Shown: positions 9,307 through 19,953, numbered from the stretch's first letter. The stretch is DNA of 64,000 nucleotides from Armatimonadota bacterium (GCA_023511795.1 JAIMAU010000006.1:13159-77158); one strand, 5' to 3'. Notes: generated by a model from the sequence alone, not told the origin. Numbers and translations: made by a program.

Positions 9307-9333
9307 GAAGAATAAGCTTTTGAGCTTTTCTTC
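9307..9333 (-). terminator. hairpin downstream of mscS (GAAGAAuAAGCU-UUUG-AGCUUuUCUUC), weak U-tract
   Basis: 11-bp stem with one mismatch 25 nt after mscS stop and upstream of thrS promoter. Confidence 0.3.
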
Positions 9334-9357
9334 TCATCGTCTTACCCTTGAATACCA

Positions 9358-10233
9358 TCAAACTAAATTGATTTCGCCAGCAGAAGCTCTCTCCAAAATG
9401 CGCTCGCGTAGAGCAGTTTGCAACGATTCCTGATAGCCTGGCTTTACGGAACCAGTAATGCGAATAGTAACTTTAGATGCATCTATGGCTATAATTCCGT
9501 CAGCACGTGGCGGAGTGACAACGCCTTCAACCTCATCCGCAATCCTTTTGCCTAATTCATTTATCAAAGACCGTACCATCTCAAGATTGGAGTTCGGAGC
9601 AATGTTAACATCCAACGACACCTGTATTGTCCCGCGGGAATGGTTAGTTACTAGAGTTACATCGCCATTTGATATAAATACAAGCTTGCCAACATCGTCA
9701 CGAATTTTAGTGACTCGCATACCGAGCTCCTCAACTAAACCCGAGATGCTACCGATGGTGACATAATCCCCAACTGCATACTGATTTTCCAAAACTATAA
9801 AGAAGCCAGAAATAACATCGCGAACAAGCCTTTGGGCGCCAAAGCCTATTGCCAAACCAGCGACCCCAGCAGTTGTGAGCACAGGAGCAATGTTAACCTT
9901 GAAGACCTCCAGGACCATTACACCTGCTATAAAAATTAGGACATAAGAAATTACACTCTTAATGAGAGTGCCAAGCGTTTTTGCACGCGCAATCGTTTCT
10001 GGTGTCGGTCCCTTAGTTTCGCGCTGAGTTACCACTTGAATCACGCGTTCAACAAATTTGTTAACCGCAGCGCGAATTAATAGGAAGATGACTACTATCT
10101 TAACCGCGGCCAAAGTGGAGGGAATAATCTTGTGCGCCGCTGTCCTCCAAAACTCAGCAATAAACAGGATATTCCAATTCATACCTTGTACACCTCTGGC
10201 AGAGCTTTCAATAGCCGAAACGGATTGTAACAA
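9358..10233 (-). CDS. small-conductance mechanosensitive channel (MscS family)
   Basis: 291 aa; 3 TM helices then LAIGFGAQRLVRDVISGFFIVLENQYAVGDYVTIGSISGLVEELGMRVTKIRDDVGKLVFISNG (MscS beta domain). Confidence 0.85.
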   Translation of the reverse strand: MLQSVSAIESSARGVQGMNWNILFIAEFWRTAAHKIIPSTLAAVKIVVIFLLIRAAVNKFVERVIQVVTQRETKGPTPETIARAKTLGTLIKSVISYVLIFIAGVMVLEVFKVNIAPVLTTAGVAGLAIGFGAQRLVRDVISGFFIVLENQYAVGDYVTIGSISGLVEELGMRVTKIRDDVGKLVFISNGDVTLVTNHSRGTIQVSLDVNIAPNSNLEMVRSLINELGKRIADEVEGVVTPPRADGIIAIDASKVTIRITGSVKPGYQESLQTALRERILERASAGEINLV

Positions 10234-10532
10234 TTTTCCCTTAGATATGCAAAAGCAGGGGCTACTCCAAGGCGCAAGCGGCTGGAGTTACACTGAATGC
10301 TAGTTCGCAGTTAACCGATAATAAACATGTGATATGTGTTTTAAGCATTTGCCAAAATTTTTTGCCCCCATCGACTCTGAACCTCTTCTTGGAGGCTGCG
10401 GCTTCTCTTGGGTTTCGCCGATAATTATAAAATAGCTGTTTATGTCTTTTGAAGACACAGTATGGAGACATCTGATGAGACGATTTGGTGGGCTTATGCT
10501 TCCACCTTTAAAAGCGAGGAGGAAAAAACTTC

Positions 10533-11192
10533 ATGATTTGGTTTGTTGACGCATTCAATTTCCTATGCAAGGGCGGCCCCGTAATGATTCCACTAATAGC
10601 CTGCTCGATAATCTCAGTAGCAGTAATGATTGAGCGCTTCATACGCCTAAGGAATGCAGGAGCCGACCCTGACGAGCTAATGGAACGCATTGAAAAATGC
10701 CTTGCTCTTGGCAAGGGCTCAGATGCAGTCAACCTTTGCCGAACCGTCGGCACCCCTTTAGCGGAAATGCTCGCCCGAGGGCTTGAATGTCGTGGAATAG
10801 GATCTCGACAGGCTGAGAAATGCATGGAGGAGTATGCTCTCAGAATGACGCCAAATTTGTTTTGCCGGTTACCTATCCTAGACACAATAATTACAATTGC
10901 TCCTCTCTTGGGATTGCTAGGAACAGTCACCGGTATGATACGCTCATTCCATGTAATATCCACTAAGTCAGGCATTGGAACGCCTACTGCAATCACCGGC
11001 GGCGTCGCTGAGGCTTTGATTGCCACTGCAACGGGCCTCGCCATTGCAATTGCCACCCTTGTTGGCTACAACTACTTAACTGAAAAAGCCAAGGCATTGG
11101 TCAGCGACATGGAGATATACGGAACACGCTTAGTCAACATCCTGTCAGCCGGCGAGGAGGACCAGCATGAGGCTAAAGCGCTTCGAGCCTAA
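10533..11192 (+). CDS. exbB: MotA/TolQ/ExbB proton channel family protein
   Basis: 219 aa; 3 TM; LLGLLGTVTGMIRSF...AEALIATATGLAIAI; AGGAGG SD. Confidence 0.85.
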   Translation: MIWFVDAFNFLCKGGPVMIPLIACSIISVAVMIERFIRLRNAGADPDELMERIEKCLALGKGSDAVNLCRTVGTPLAEMLARGLECRGIGSRQAEKCMEEYALRMTPNLFCRLPILDTIITIAPLLGLLGTVTGMIRSFHVISTKSGIGTPTAITGGVAEALIATATGLAIAIATLVGYNYLTEKAKALVSDMEIYGTRLVNILSAGEEDQHEAKALRA

Positions 11193-11580
11193 GAGGGCAA
11201 GGATTGAGATCGTGCCGATGATAGACACGATCTTCTTTCTTCTCGTTTTCTTTATGATTGCCTCGCTGGCAATGACCACCATGAAAGGCATGCCAGTAAA
11301 CCTACCTAAGTCAAGCACGGCTCAAGATAGGTCTATGGTGAAGACCGTTGTCACCATAACTGCAACTGGCAAATTCTATGTGGACAAGCGTCCTGTTCCA
11401 TTCGCGCTTATCCAACCGACTTTGAGGGAGAAACTGAAAGAGAATCCTAAAATGGTTGTTGTAATCAATTGCGACAAGAGCCGCAATTGGGGCGATGGCA
11501 TCGAGGTGATGGATGAAGCAAAAAAGGCCGGCGCTGAAATCATCACCATTGCCACAGAACCAAAGATTGAGAAAAAGTAA
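11167..11580 (+). CDS. exbD: biopolymer transport protein ExbD/TolR
   Basis: 137 aa; RIEIVPMIDTIFFLLVFFM single TM then periplasmic domain; overlaps exbB end. Confidence 0.85.
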   Translation: MRLKRFEPKRARIEIVPMIDTIFFLLVFFMIASLAMTTMKGMPVNLPKSSTAQDRSMVKTVVTITATGKFYVDKRPVPFALIQPTLREKLKENPKMVVVINCDKSRNWGDGIEVMDEAKKAGAEIITIATEPKIEKK

Positions 11581-11581
11581 T

Positions 11582-12616
11582 ATGCGCGACCGGTTGCTTA
11601 CATACGCAATTGCTGCTTCGATTGGAATCCATCTTGCCATTCTTGGTTTGGTTGGCAAAACATCGGCTGCCCGTCCGATTGAAATCGAAGATCTTAAGCT
11701 AGTTCGAGTAGAGGTTGTTGACATCCCGGAGAATGTGAAAGTTTCAGAGCCAGAGAACATCAAACCTGCGCCTAAACTCAAATCAACCGAGTCTGAACAC
11801 TTACCGCTCCCACCGCCGGAAAAGATACCAGTAGCACCGCCAGCAAAGCCAAAACCAAAGCCAGGTAAACAGCCTCCATATCAAGAGACTAGAAAAAAGG
11901 CGCCAATTTCTGGATATTCTCCTGGCTCAACCATTGCCTCTAATAAACCGCCGGGCGACCCGGGCGGGGACTTGAACTTCGGCTCACCAAGCCATCATGG
12001 TGATATCAACATTGGCCCAAGTGGCCAGACACCAGTTGGATGGGTTCCTGGAAACCCGGGCGGCAAGGGCGTAGGTTCAGGCAGTGGAGAAGGTGTTGGA
12101 AAGCCAGAACCCCTACCGAATGCGACTCCAGGTCCTGGTCAAGAACCAAACCCAGCGCCACCACCTCCACCACCTCCGCCACCTCCGCCGCCGCCTGACA
12201 TAGACGTAAAGGTATGCGCCGAATCTGGAATGCTGCCAGGTCCATACTGCGAAAAAACGGTGATTAAGTCATTTAGGCCTGGCAAAGAACCAACCTCAAT
12301 TTGCACAATCTGCAAGCCAAAGCATATCTCAACCCTGGCCGACAGGGCTGAGCCAGAATTGGTCAGCGGGTCAAAGCGTCCGAAATACCCTCCATCAGCC
12401 AGGGACCAAGGAATCGAGGGCTCTGTAACAGTCGAGTATACCATCAACACAGAAGGCAATGTTGTGGGCGTAAAGGTTACAAAATCTTCCGGCAGCATCG
12501 AACTTGACCGCGCGGCGACCGAAACCGTCCAAAGTCGAAAATATAAGCCTGCCGTTCAGGGCGGCATTCCTCGAAACTTTCGCAAACGCGAAACTTTCCA
12601 CTTTGCACTGGATTAA
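11582..12616 (+). CDS. tonB: TonB family energy transducer (Pro-rich spacer, C-terminal TonB domain)
   Basis: Start moved to ATG 11582 (MRDRLLTYAIAASIGIHLAILGL TM anchor) right after exbD stop. Spacer contains a run of 13 Pro; C-terminus KYPPSARDQGIEGSVTVEYTINTEGNVVGVKV... Confidence 0.8.
   Translation: MRDRLLTYAIAASIGIHLAILGLVGKTSAARPIEIEDLKLVRVEVVDIPENVKVSEPENIKPAPKLKSTESEHLPLPPPEKIPVAPPAKPKPKPGKQPPYQETRKKAPISGYSPGSTIASNKPPGDPGGDLNFGSPSHHGDINIGPSGQTPVGWVPGNPGGKGVGSGSGEGVGKPEPLPNATPGPGQEPNPAPPPPPPPPPPPPPDIDVKVCAESGMLPGPYCEKTVIKSFRPGKEPTSICTICKPKHISTLADRAEPELVSGSKRPKYPPSARDQGIEGSVTVEYTINTEGNVVGVKVTKSSGSIELDRAATETVQSRKYKPAVQGGIPRNFRKRETFHFALD
12158..12196 (+). repeat. 13 consecutive proline codons (CCA/CCT/CCG)n inside tonB
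   Basis: ccaccacctccaccacctccgccacctccgccgccgcct. Confidence 0.8.
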
Positions 12617-12843
12617 GCTAATCAAGAGGTTCAGTGCTCATCCCATTTTCTATTTATCGCCCATTCATCCTCATGGCCGCAAGACTTGGCATACTTTGAA
12701 GAAGCAACCAAAAACTTTGTCAGCACTTCCCGGCATGAGATGTTGCCGCAGATGTGTCTAGCCCATGAGTAAATCCATTTTGCATGCAGATTTCTGCTTG
12801 AATGTTCTAATTTTTCGGCGATGCTATAGAAGCATTAGCCATC

Positions 12844-12873
12844 TTGACATCAAGCAGTGTTTAGATTTAAAAT
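12844..12873 (+). promoter_or_regulatory. candidate sigma70 promoter upstream of rpoZ-dnaJ-prmA (TTGACA-N18-TAAAAT)
   Basis: Hexamers about 125 nt upstream of rpoZ start in 380-nt intergenic region. Confidence 0.4.
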
Positions 12874-12996
12874 CATAAGTTGCAATTTTCGAGCTTTGTC
12901 ATCTGATATTTGATTGAAAAGCCAAGCGGTTAGGTGTGCAGTTATTTGGGTTTACTATCACCGCCAACAGTTTAATAATGTGAAAGGGGAGTCGGA

Positions 12997-13437
12997 ATGA
13001 TATATCCTTCGATGGATGAGCTTGACGCCAAGGTAGGAAGCAAGTATGCGCTAGTTATAGCAGTGGCAAAGCGAGCGCGCCAATTGCGCGAGGGTGCTCA
13101 ACCGCTGGTCGAAAGCACATCCAAAAATCCGATCACCATTGCTCTTGAAGAAATTGCGGCTGGAAAGATTCGGATTCACAAGCCAACTCCAGAGGAACAA
13201 GCGGCCCGGGAAGAACAGCTTGCTCTTCCTCGCGAACGCAAGCGTGAAATAGAAGAAGCAGTCGATCTTCTCAGAGCTCCGGTACAAGAAGTCACGGAAA
13301 AGACGGGCGATGAAAAAACATCCCATGAGGAAGAAGGAGAGCTCACTGCTTCGGGCAATGGCTTGTCCAATGTAGATGACCAAGGTTCATTGGGTGAAAT
13401 CGGGCTCGAAGAAAGGCCCGAGATTGTAGAAGAATAA
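12997..13437 (+). CDS. rpoZ: DNA-directed RNA polymerase subunit omega with long acidic C-terminal extension
   Basis: 146 aa; N-terminus [31 protein letters not shown]...[13 protein letters not shown] matches RpoZ core; GGGGAG SD. Confidence 0.7.
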   Translation: MIYPSMDELDAKVGSKYALVIAVAKRARQLREGAQPLVESTSKNPITIALEEIAAGKIRIHKPTPEEQAAREEQLALPRERKREIEEAVDLLRAPVQEVTEKTGDEKTSHEEEGELTASGNGLSNVDDQGSLGEIGLEERPEIVEE

Positions 13438-13501
13438 TACTTAGAAATTATAAAAAGCCTCGAAACAACTTAAGCACACATTGAGTAACTAAACAACCAA
13501 G

Positions 13502-14647
13502 ATGCCTGTGAAAAGAGATTACTATGAGGTATTGGGAGTTGACCGCGGGGTATCTCAGGAAGAAATCAAGAAGGCATACCGACGGTTAGCTCGCCAATAC
13601 CATCCAGATGTAAATAAGGGCGACTCGAACGCCGAGGAAATCTTCAAGGAAATCAACGAAGCCTATGATGTCCTGAGCGACCCAAAGAAGCGCGAGATAT
13701 ATGACCGATATGGTCATCAAGGGCTAAATGGTCGCTTTTCAGGGTCTGGACCTGGGTTTGGATTTGAGGACTTCGGCATTGGCGGATTTGGCGATATCTT
13801 CGATTTGTTCTTTGGCTCAGGCATAAGAACAGAACAACATCGAAGATCAACCGCCGAACCCGGTGCAGACCTTCAATATGAACTTGAGATTACCCTGGAG
13901 GAAGCTGCCACCGGCGTTGAACGTGTATTCCGACTATCAAGAATGGAACGATGCGAAGCCTGTAATGGAGCTGGGTATCCACAAGGCAGTTCGCCAGGGT
14001 TATGCCCTGACTGTGGCGGCACTGGCCAGATAGAACATCGTCGCTCAACAATACTTGGGTATATCTCATCGGTAAGCACATGCTCCCGATGCCGGGGCAC
14101 AGGCGAGATACTTACGAACCCTTGTCGCAATTGCGGCGGCCAGGGGCGCATTCGCCAGACGAGTGAGCAAACTGTTCACATACCGGCCGGCGTTGAAAAC
14201 GGCTCTCGAATTAGAATCCGTGGGGCTGGCGATGCAGGTATTCGAGGCGGCCGAGCAGGAGATTTGTACGTAATAGTCTACATCAAGCCTCACAACATAT
14301 TTGAGCGTCGCGGGGACGACATCATTTGCGAGGTTCCCATAAGCTTTGTTCAAGCTGCGCTTGGTGATACGATTGAGGTGCCAGTGCTTGGTGGGACTAC
14401 TACTCTGCGCATTCCGCAGGGGACCCAACCAGGACAGGTTTTCAAACTTGACGGCAAGGGTATGCCCAATCTTGATACAGGGCGGCGGGGCGACGAACAC
14501 GTGGTTATCAAAGTAACAATCCCGACTGAGCTTTCGGCCCAGCAGAAAGAATTGCTCGAGCAGTTCGCTCAGTTGAGCGGGATCTCGGTAGAAAATGGCC
14601 GAGGCAAAGGCTTGTTTAGAAAAAAAACAACAAAAGAAGTAGGCTGA
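13502..14647 (+). CDS. dnaJ: molecular chaperone DnaJ
   Basis: 381 aa; J-domain YYEVLGV...HPD, Gly/Phe-rich region, four CxxCxGxG repeats. Confidence 0.95.
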   Translation: MPVKRDYYEVLGVDRGVSQEEIKKAYRRLARQYHPDVNKGDSNAEEIFKEINEAYDVLSDPKKREIYDRYGHQGLNGRFSGSGPGFGFEDFGIGGFGDIFDLFFGSGIRTEQHRRSTAEPGADLQYELEITLEEAATGVERVFRLSRMERCEACNGAGYPQGSSPGLCPDCGGTGQIEHRRSTILGYISSVSTCSRCRGTGEILTNPCRNCGGQGRIRQTSEQTVHIPAGVENGSRIRIRGAGDAGIRGGRAGDLYVIVYIKPHNIFERRGDDIICEVPISFVQAALGDTIEVPVLGGTTTLRIPQGTQPGQVFKLDGKGMPNLDTGRRGDEHVVIKVTIPTELSAQQKELLEQFAQLSGISVENGRGKGLFRKKTTKEVG

Positions 14648-14653
14648 AATATC

Positions 14654-15520
14654 ATGCGTTGGGCCGAAATGGAAGTCCAAACCAACGTGACGGCTCAAGA
14701 AGCCGTCGAAGCGATAATGTTTGAGAACGGATGTGGTGGCTTAGCCATTCAAGGTGAAACCCCTGTCTTCATTAAATGCTACCTCCCAGTTGACGATCGG
14801 CTAGAAGAACGCATATCCAATATCCAAAGTGGCATTGCAAACCTCACCAAGTTTGGGCTGGACCCAGCTCCTGCCGAAATTACTATCAAATATGCCGAAG
14901 AACAAGAATGGGCAGAGGCGTGGCGTCAGTTTTTCCGCACAACCCGAGTTGGAAAGCATATAGTTATTAAACCCCCATGGGAAAAATTTAATCCTGAACC
15001 CGGCGACGTAGTGATTGAAATCGAGGCAGGCATGGCCTTTGGAACAGGGCAACACCCAACCACTCGTATGAGCCTTGAAGCCCTTGAGAAGCGCGTTCGG
15101 CAATGCATGACCGTCGTAGATTTTGGTACTGGTTCGGGAATCTTGGCGATTGCAGCGGCGAAACTAGGCGCCTGCCTTGTAATCGCATTCGACATAGACG
15201 AGCTCGCCGTCCGAGCAGCAAGGGAAAACGTCCAGCGTAATAACGAAGAAGAGCATATCGAGGTCCACCAAACTGATAACTTAGGGTTCATTCAAACTAC
15301 TGTTGACCTAATCACGGCAAACATAGTAGCCGAAACGATCACAAAAAACGCTCCTGACATCGCCCGCGTACTTCGCAGGGGCGGCATCCTCATTGCTTCA
15401 GGTATCGTAGACGAGAAATCGGCAGACGTCGAACGTGCACTTCGAAACGAAGGTTTTGACATAGCGGAGATCCTCAAAGATGGCGAATGGACAACCTTGG
15501 TAGCACATAAAGCCAGCTAA
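14654..15520 (+). CDS. prmA: ribosomal protein L11 methyltransferase
   Basis: 288 aa; VVDFGTGSGILAIAAAKLGA SAM motif; dnaJ-prmA order. Confidence 0.9.
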   Translation: MRWAEMEVQTNVTAQEAVEAIMFENGCGGLAIQGETPVFIKCYLPVDDRLEERISNIQSGIANLTKFGLDPAPAEITIKYAEEQEWAEAWRQFFRTTRVGKHIVIKPPWEKFNPEPGDVVIEIEAGMAFGTGQHPTTRMSLEALEKRVRQCMTVVDFGTGSGILAIAAAKLGACLVIAFDIDELAVRAARENVQRNNEEEHIEVHQTDNLGFIQTTVDLITANIVAETITKNAPDIARVLRRGGILIASGIVDEKSADVERALRNEGFDIAEILKDGEWTTLVAHKAS

Positions 15521-15542
15521 CTCTTAACAAAGGAGGCCAACA

Positions 15543-17318
15543 ATGAAGCCCCCCATAGGCCTTGTGTTTCGGATCTGCGCCATAATAATTTTCGCATCCA
15601 CCATATATGCTAAATGCTCCGCAACACACAACATTTCCTACCGGTGGGAAACCCGTCATGTTGAGATCGCCTATAGAGATTCCGTTGGTACACCAATCCC
15701 CACTAGCTACGGCTTTTGGGCATTAATGCAGAACTTGGCCCACCAAAAGCGGCTTTTTGAAAGCTATATGCGTTCGCCGGCAGTAAGTTCCATTGGCAAT
15801 AAGCTGGACGTTGAAATTTCGGTGTTTGGTTTGGAAGGCAAACCGCCAGGAATGGTGCTGAAAGGCCAAAATGTTCAGGCAGTGGTCAAGCCACCATTTA
15901 CTGACCCAAGGGTTATGCATGCTTTGCTTGAAATGTCTGCAGGCAATAGCCTTGAACTTTTCGGCGATCTTTCAGATTACCATACACGTCGCGCGAAGCA
16001 TGCGCTAACCGCATTTCCAGATGATGGCTTTCCAGTCTTTTCTCCATCGGGGAGCCGACTTGCGTTCCAGTCGTGGCGGGGAGATATTGTGGACGTCCTA
16101 ATAGCTTCGCCTGATGGAAGCCGACCTATACGCACAGGTGGTACAACAGCGACAAAGAGCTTGCGGTCGCTTGCTGGAACACACAGCATCTTTGGCTTAC
16201 CTGTTTGGTCGCCTAACGAGCGGATGATTGCATACATCGCAGACGGCAAGGTTGTGGTGGCAGATTTAACACGAGGGACCACTCGCTTAATCACCGACTG
16301 TGAAGATGCAATCACAAAGGTTTTATGGTCACCGGATGGAAGCATGATAGCGGCAATTGTCTCAGGCATGGATGACGACATTCGCTACGCATCAGATGTG
16401 CTCCTATTGAATCCCTATATCGCGAAACCAGTTTCTTTAAAAAACAAATTGGCGGTTCTCAAACGTGGTTTTTTCCCGACGAACTTGAGCTGGCAACCCA
16501 CTTCAAGGGTTTTAGCAGTGGTGGTAGGACTCACAGGCGTCGACTTGGGAATAAATGGTAAATACCTAAGTGCTGAGGAAACGAGAAACTCCATTGTATA
16601 CTTCGTGGATCCCTTTTCTCAGAATACCCAGTCAATCCGCTTGCCAGGATTGTACGTTGACGATGGGTGGAGCGAGGACGGCAAAACGTGGACAGTCGTT
16701 GTTAGGTCTGGAGATGAATATATGCTCCTCTGCATGTCTGAAGAAAACCTCCGCATAAAGACTGTCGCCACGAGTGCCAAAGAAATGTGCATCCTAGGCA
16801 TACAAGACGGCTGCATCTCCTATCTCGATGGCGAGAAGCCAATTCTCGCCAATCTTAGCGAAGGGAAAGCTAAGCCCCTAGACAACGTGCGGGTGGAAAA
16901 TATCCAGCTTATGCCGGGAGTTTACGGTGGTTACATTGGCTCAAGCGAAGATTTCACGACAAAGAATGAGCAGGGCGAGAAGATTATATTAATTGAAGAT
17001 GGGTCTTCACAGCACTACTTACTAGGGGCTAGCGATGGCAAAGTTATCGAGAAGGAGTGGGGCAAAGTAATCATTACCGCTCCTGGAACCTTCCCAGAAG
17101 GCTGGCTTTCTCGGTTTTCAAAGGAGAGCGACCTCATACATCTTGACTGGTCTCCAAAGGCGAAGGCATTTGCCGCGTCGGCAAGTCAGCATGGAGGATT
17201 AATTGAGATGCTTACTGCCAAGCCAGGAGGAGTTCCAACAAACATTAGCAGAAAGCTTGATTCACAGGCAATTAGAATACTCAAGGTGGAACAAAAAGAC
17301 CGCAACAAGTCACCGTAG
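15543..17318 (+). CDS. secreted PD40/TolB-like beta-propeller repeat protein
   Basis: 591 aa; signal peptide; repeated FSPSGSRLAF / WSPNERMIAY / WSPDGSMIAA blades. Confidence 0.7.
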   Translation: MKPPIGLVFRICAIIIFASTIYAKCSATHNISYRWETRHVEIAYRDSVGTPIPTSYGFWALMQNLAHQKRLFESYMRSPAVSSIGNKLDVEISVFGLEGKPPGMVLKGQNVQAVVKPPFTDPRVMHALLEMSAGNSLELFGDLSDYHTRRAKHALTAFPDDGFPVFSPSGSRLAFQSWRGDIVDVLIASPDGSRPIRTGGTTATKSLRSLAGTHSIFGLPVWSPNERMIAYIADGKVVVADLTRGTTRLITDCEDAITKVLWSPDGSMIAAIVSGMDDDIRYASDVLLLNPYIAKPVSLKNKLAVLKRGFFPTNLSWQPTSRVLAVVVGLTGVDLGINGKYLSAEETRNSIVYFVDPFSQNTQSIRLPGLYVDDGWSEDGKTWTVVVRSGDEYMLLCMSEENLRIKTVATSAKEMCILGIQDGCISYLDGEKPILANLSEGKAKPLDNVRVENIQLMPGVYGGYIGSSEDFTTKNEQGEKIILIEDGSSQHYLLGASDGKVIEKEWGKVIITAPGTFPEGWLSRFSKESDLIHLDWSPKAKAFAASASQHGGLIEMLTAKPGGVPTNISRKLDSQAIRILKVEQKDRNKSP

Positions 17319-18020
17319 GGCAGATTGGAATTCGGCAATTAAGGCGGCGGTTGCAGCTTTCATATCATCAGCACAAACTACTGCCGATATAACTGCCGCC
17401 GAATCAGCACCAGCCCTAGCAACTTCGCGTATATTCTCAAGCGAGATTCCGCCAATCGCTACAATAGGAATTTTACAAACTTTGCGAATGGCTACTAAGC
17501 CCTCAATCCCAATAGGAGGCCCAGCATCTGATTTAGTGGAAGTTGAGAAAATTGAACCTACACCTATATAGTCGGCGCCAGCCTCCTCAGCCGCTAGGGC
17601 TTCCTCAATCGTTGATACGGAAACTCCGATGATTCCGCGGGGGAATAGCTTGCGGACTTCTTGAATTGGCTGATCTTCTTGCCCGATATGTACTCCGTCC
17701 GCGCCGCATGCGATAGCAACTTCGACCCGGTCATTAACAATGAACAAAGCCCCAGCCCTAGTGGTAATCCGAACGATTTCAGTTCCAACTTCGATTAAGC
17801 GGCTATCATCGGCAGTTTTATCCCTCAGCTGGATAATACGAGCTCCGCCGGAAATGGCAGCCCTAGCAATTTCAAGATGGGTTCGCCCCGGGGCTAGCTG
17901 CTCATCGGTAATAACATAAATACCAGCTATTTGATGGCGTAAGCTCTTTCTGCTAGCTGCTTGGGTGCAGTTCGAAAACTTTAAAGTCAACTTATTTACC
18001 GACCGATTCACCCCTGACAA
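17310..18020 (-). CDS. thiE: thiamine-phosphate synthase
   Basis: 236 aa; GIYVITDEQ..., IQLRDK, GADGVHIGQED, PIVAIGGI; start as given is TTG and the true start is uncertain. Confidence 0.85.
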   Translation of the reverse strand: MSGVNRSVNKLTLKFSNCTQAASRKSLRHQIAGIYVITDEQLAPGRTHLEIARAAISGGARIIQLRDKTADDSRLIEVGTEIVRITTRAGALFIVNDRVEVAIACGADGVHIGQEDQPIQEVRKLFPRGIIGVSVSTIEEALAAEEAGADYIGVGSIFSTSTKSDAGPPIGIEGLVAIRKVCKIPIVAIGGISLENIREVARAGADSAAVISAVVCADDMKAATAALIAEFQSALR

Positions 18021-18321
18021 AGCTCATCTTGCCTTCATCGTTTATCAGGAACGGGCGATGGTAGAGGCGTTGCTTGATTTTGATTCGCAGGCTCTGCAGG
18101 CTTGCCAATGTCCGGGGCGGGTTCGATATGCCGCAATTCGGAAGGCGAGGCTGGCCTGGAGGATTTGCTTGCAACCAGTGGGTAGGTGACTATGGCCGCG
18201 GCAACGGCCAAAACAAGTATGATCACCACCGCTGCCACCACCGGGCTTATCTCAGCTCTGGTATCGAACTTTGTTATCAGAATCACCTCCCTGACGCTGG
18301 CGGTTCACCCACACCAAAGCG

Positions 18322-18350
18322 AATATACCACTAGCACGAACGCTTGTCAA
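18322..18350 (-). promoter_or_regulatory. sigma70 promoter (TTGACA-N17-TATATT) heading a long leader upstream of thiE
   Basis: Near-consensus hexamers read on minus strand between pth stop and thiE. Confidence 0.55.
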
Positions 18351-18442
18351 GTACTAAAATGAAAACTATTCAATCTTTTTGTAATCGTTTTCTTGATTAA
18401 AATTTCTTTAGTTGGAAATATGTAATCGTTCTCAGCTTTCTC

Positions 18443-19006
18443 TTATAAAGATGGCGCATTGAAGCGGTTCATAGCCTGTTCTATGCCTTGCTCGAGGATA
18501 GTTTCGACAGCATCTGCGGCTCGTGAAACCACCTCGCGAATAATTGGCATCTCCGAATGGCTAAATTTGCTGAGCACATAATCAACCATGTCCCCGGCTG
18601 GCATGCCAATGCCAATCCTAATTCTTGAAAAATCTTCAGTGCCTAGCTCATTAATAATGGACTTTAAGCCCCCATGTCCTCCAGCCGAGCCGCCAGCTCG
18701 GATTCTAAGCCTTCCCAATGGGAGATTGACATCATCGCTAATAATAATCAAATCGGCAGTCGTTACCTGATATTTGCGAACTAATGCCGACACTGCCTGA
18801 CCACTCAGGTTCATGAAAGTGAGCGGCTTGGCAAGCACTACCTCTTGGTCTGCTATAATCCCCTGGCCTATAAGCGCCCTCAGCGCCCGCGATCTGATAG
18901 GAATATGATGCCTGCGACTCAACAAATCAACAGTCATATATCCAACATTATGTCGTGTGCCTTGGTATTTTCTGCCTGGATTGCCAAGACCAACGATGAT
19001 TTTCAT
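18443..19006 (-). CDS. pth: peptidyl-tRNA hydrolase
   Basis: 187 aa [22 protein letters not shown]... Confidence 0.92.
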   Translation of the reverse strand: MKIIVGLGNPGRKYQGTRHNVGYMTVDLLSRRHHIPIRSRALRALIGQGIIADQEVVLAKPLTFMNLSGQAVSALVRKYQVTTADLIIISDDVNLPLGRLRIRAGGSAGGHGGLKSIINELGTEDFSRIRIGIGMPAGDMVDYVLSKFSHSEMPIIREVVSRAADAVETILEQGIEQAMNRFNAPSL

Positions 19007-19953
19007 TCTCTGAACAACTCGCTTACGGACTCATCTAGGTGAATTCGCCGGATTGCATCTGCTAACAATGGCGCCACCGAGAGAACTGTAATCTTACTGT
19101 TCGGCTGAGCTTTAACCGGTATTGTGTCAGTCACTACAACTTTTTCAATCGGCGCCGCATCTAGTCTTTCAATTGCCCCGCCTGAGAGCACAGGATGTGT
19201 GCAACATGCATAAACCTTCTTTGCTCCTCGTTTCTTCAGCTCAAGTGCTCCTGTGGCGATTGAGCCTCCGGTATCTATCATATCGTCTATCATCACTGCA
19301 ATCTTATCATTTACGTCGCCGATGATTTCCATGACCTCTGCCCTGTTTGGTTCCGGCCGACGCTTTGCAATTATTGCAATTGGACTTTGAAGCATTTCGG
19401 CAAGCGCCCTTGCTCGCGCCACACCACCGACATCGGGGGAAACCACAACCAAACCTGAATCTGTTAGGCCCAATTTCTTTAGATGCTCCGCGATGATGGG
19501 GCAACCTGAAAGGTGATCCACAGGAATATCAAAAAAACCTTGGATTTGGTCGGCATGAAGATCTACAGTAAGAACACGGCTTGCACCAGCAACTGTCAAA
19601 AGGTCCGCCACCAACCTGGCAGTGACAGGTTCGCGCGGCTTTACCTTCTTATCCTGGCGGGCATAGCCGTAGTAAGGGATTACGCATGTGATGCGCTTCG
19701 CAGAGGCTCTTCTAAATGCGTCAAGCATTACAAGAAGCTCCATGAGATTTTCGTTGACAGGCGCACATGTCGATTGTATAAGAAAAACATCCGTGCCCCT
19801 AGCGCTTTCATCTATCTTAACCCGAACTTCGCCATCAGAGAACCGGGAAACCAACATTTTTCCAAGCGAAAGGCCAAGCTCCCGAGCAATAGACTCCGCC
19901 AATCCAGGATTTGAGTTCCCGGCAAATATTCGCAAATCAGAATTCCTCGGCAT
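19003..19953 (-). CDS. prs: ribose-phosphate pyrophosphokinase
   Basis: 316 aa; [24 protein letters not shown]...[10 protein letters not shown]...[11 protein letters not shown]. Confidence 0.95.
   Translation of the reverse strand: MPRNSDLRIFAGNSNPGLAESIARELGLSLGKMLVSRFSDGEVRVKIDESARGTDVFLIQSTCAPVNENLMELLVMLDAFRRASAKRITCVIPYYGYARQDKKVKPREPVTARLVADLLTVAGASRVLTVDLHADQIQGFFDIPVDHLSGCPIIAEHLKKLGLTDSGLVVVSPDVGGVARARALAEMLQSPIAIIAKRRPEPNRAEVMEIIGDVNDKIAVMIDDMIDTGGSIATGALELKKRGAKKVYACCTHPVLSGGAIERLDAAPIEKVVVTDTIPVKAQPNSKITVLSVAPLLADAIRRIHLDESVSELFRE

Noticed and set aside
9046-9360. T-box riboswitch upstream of thrS
   Set aside because: No AGGGUGGNACCGCG T-box sequence or specifier-loop architecture seen.
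9143-9361. 72-aa Cys-containing ORF between mscS and thrS
   Set aside because: It spans the mscS terminator-like hairpin and abuts the thrS promoter; no SD; likely a non-coding spacer.
10508-11781. Minus-strand ORFs 10508-11056 and 11311-11781
   Set aside because: Antisense to exbB/exbD/tonB, which have clear family motifs.
12139-12498. Minus-strand ORF with poly-Gly run
   Set aside because: Mirror image of the tonB poly-Pro codons; artefact of the repeat.
14066-14698. 210-aa minus-strand ORF
   Set aside because: Antisense to dnaJ.
18035-18286. 83-aa small membrane ORF upstream of thiE as a real gene
   Set aside because: GTG start fused to its own GGAGG with zero spacing and no in-frame ATG; kept only as a finding about the leader.
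18022-18330. TPP riboswitch in thiE leader
   Set aside because: CUGAGA and GCCAGCGUCAGGGA-like pieces are present but in the wrong 5'-3' order and the P1/P2 elements are missing; cannot call without a covariance model.
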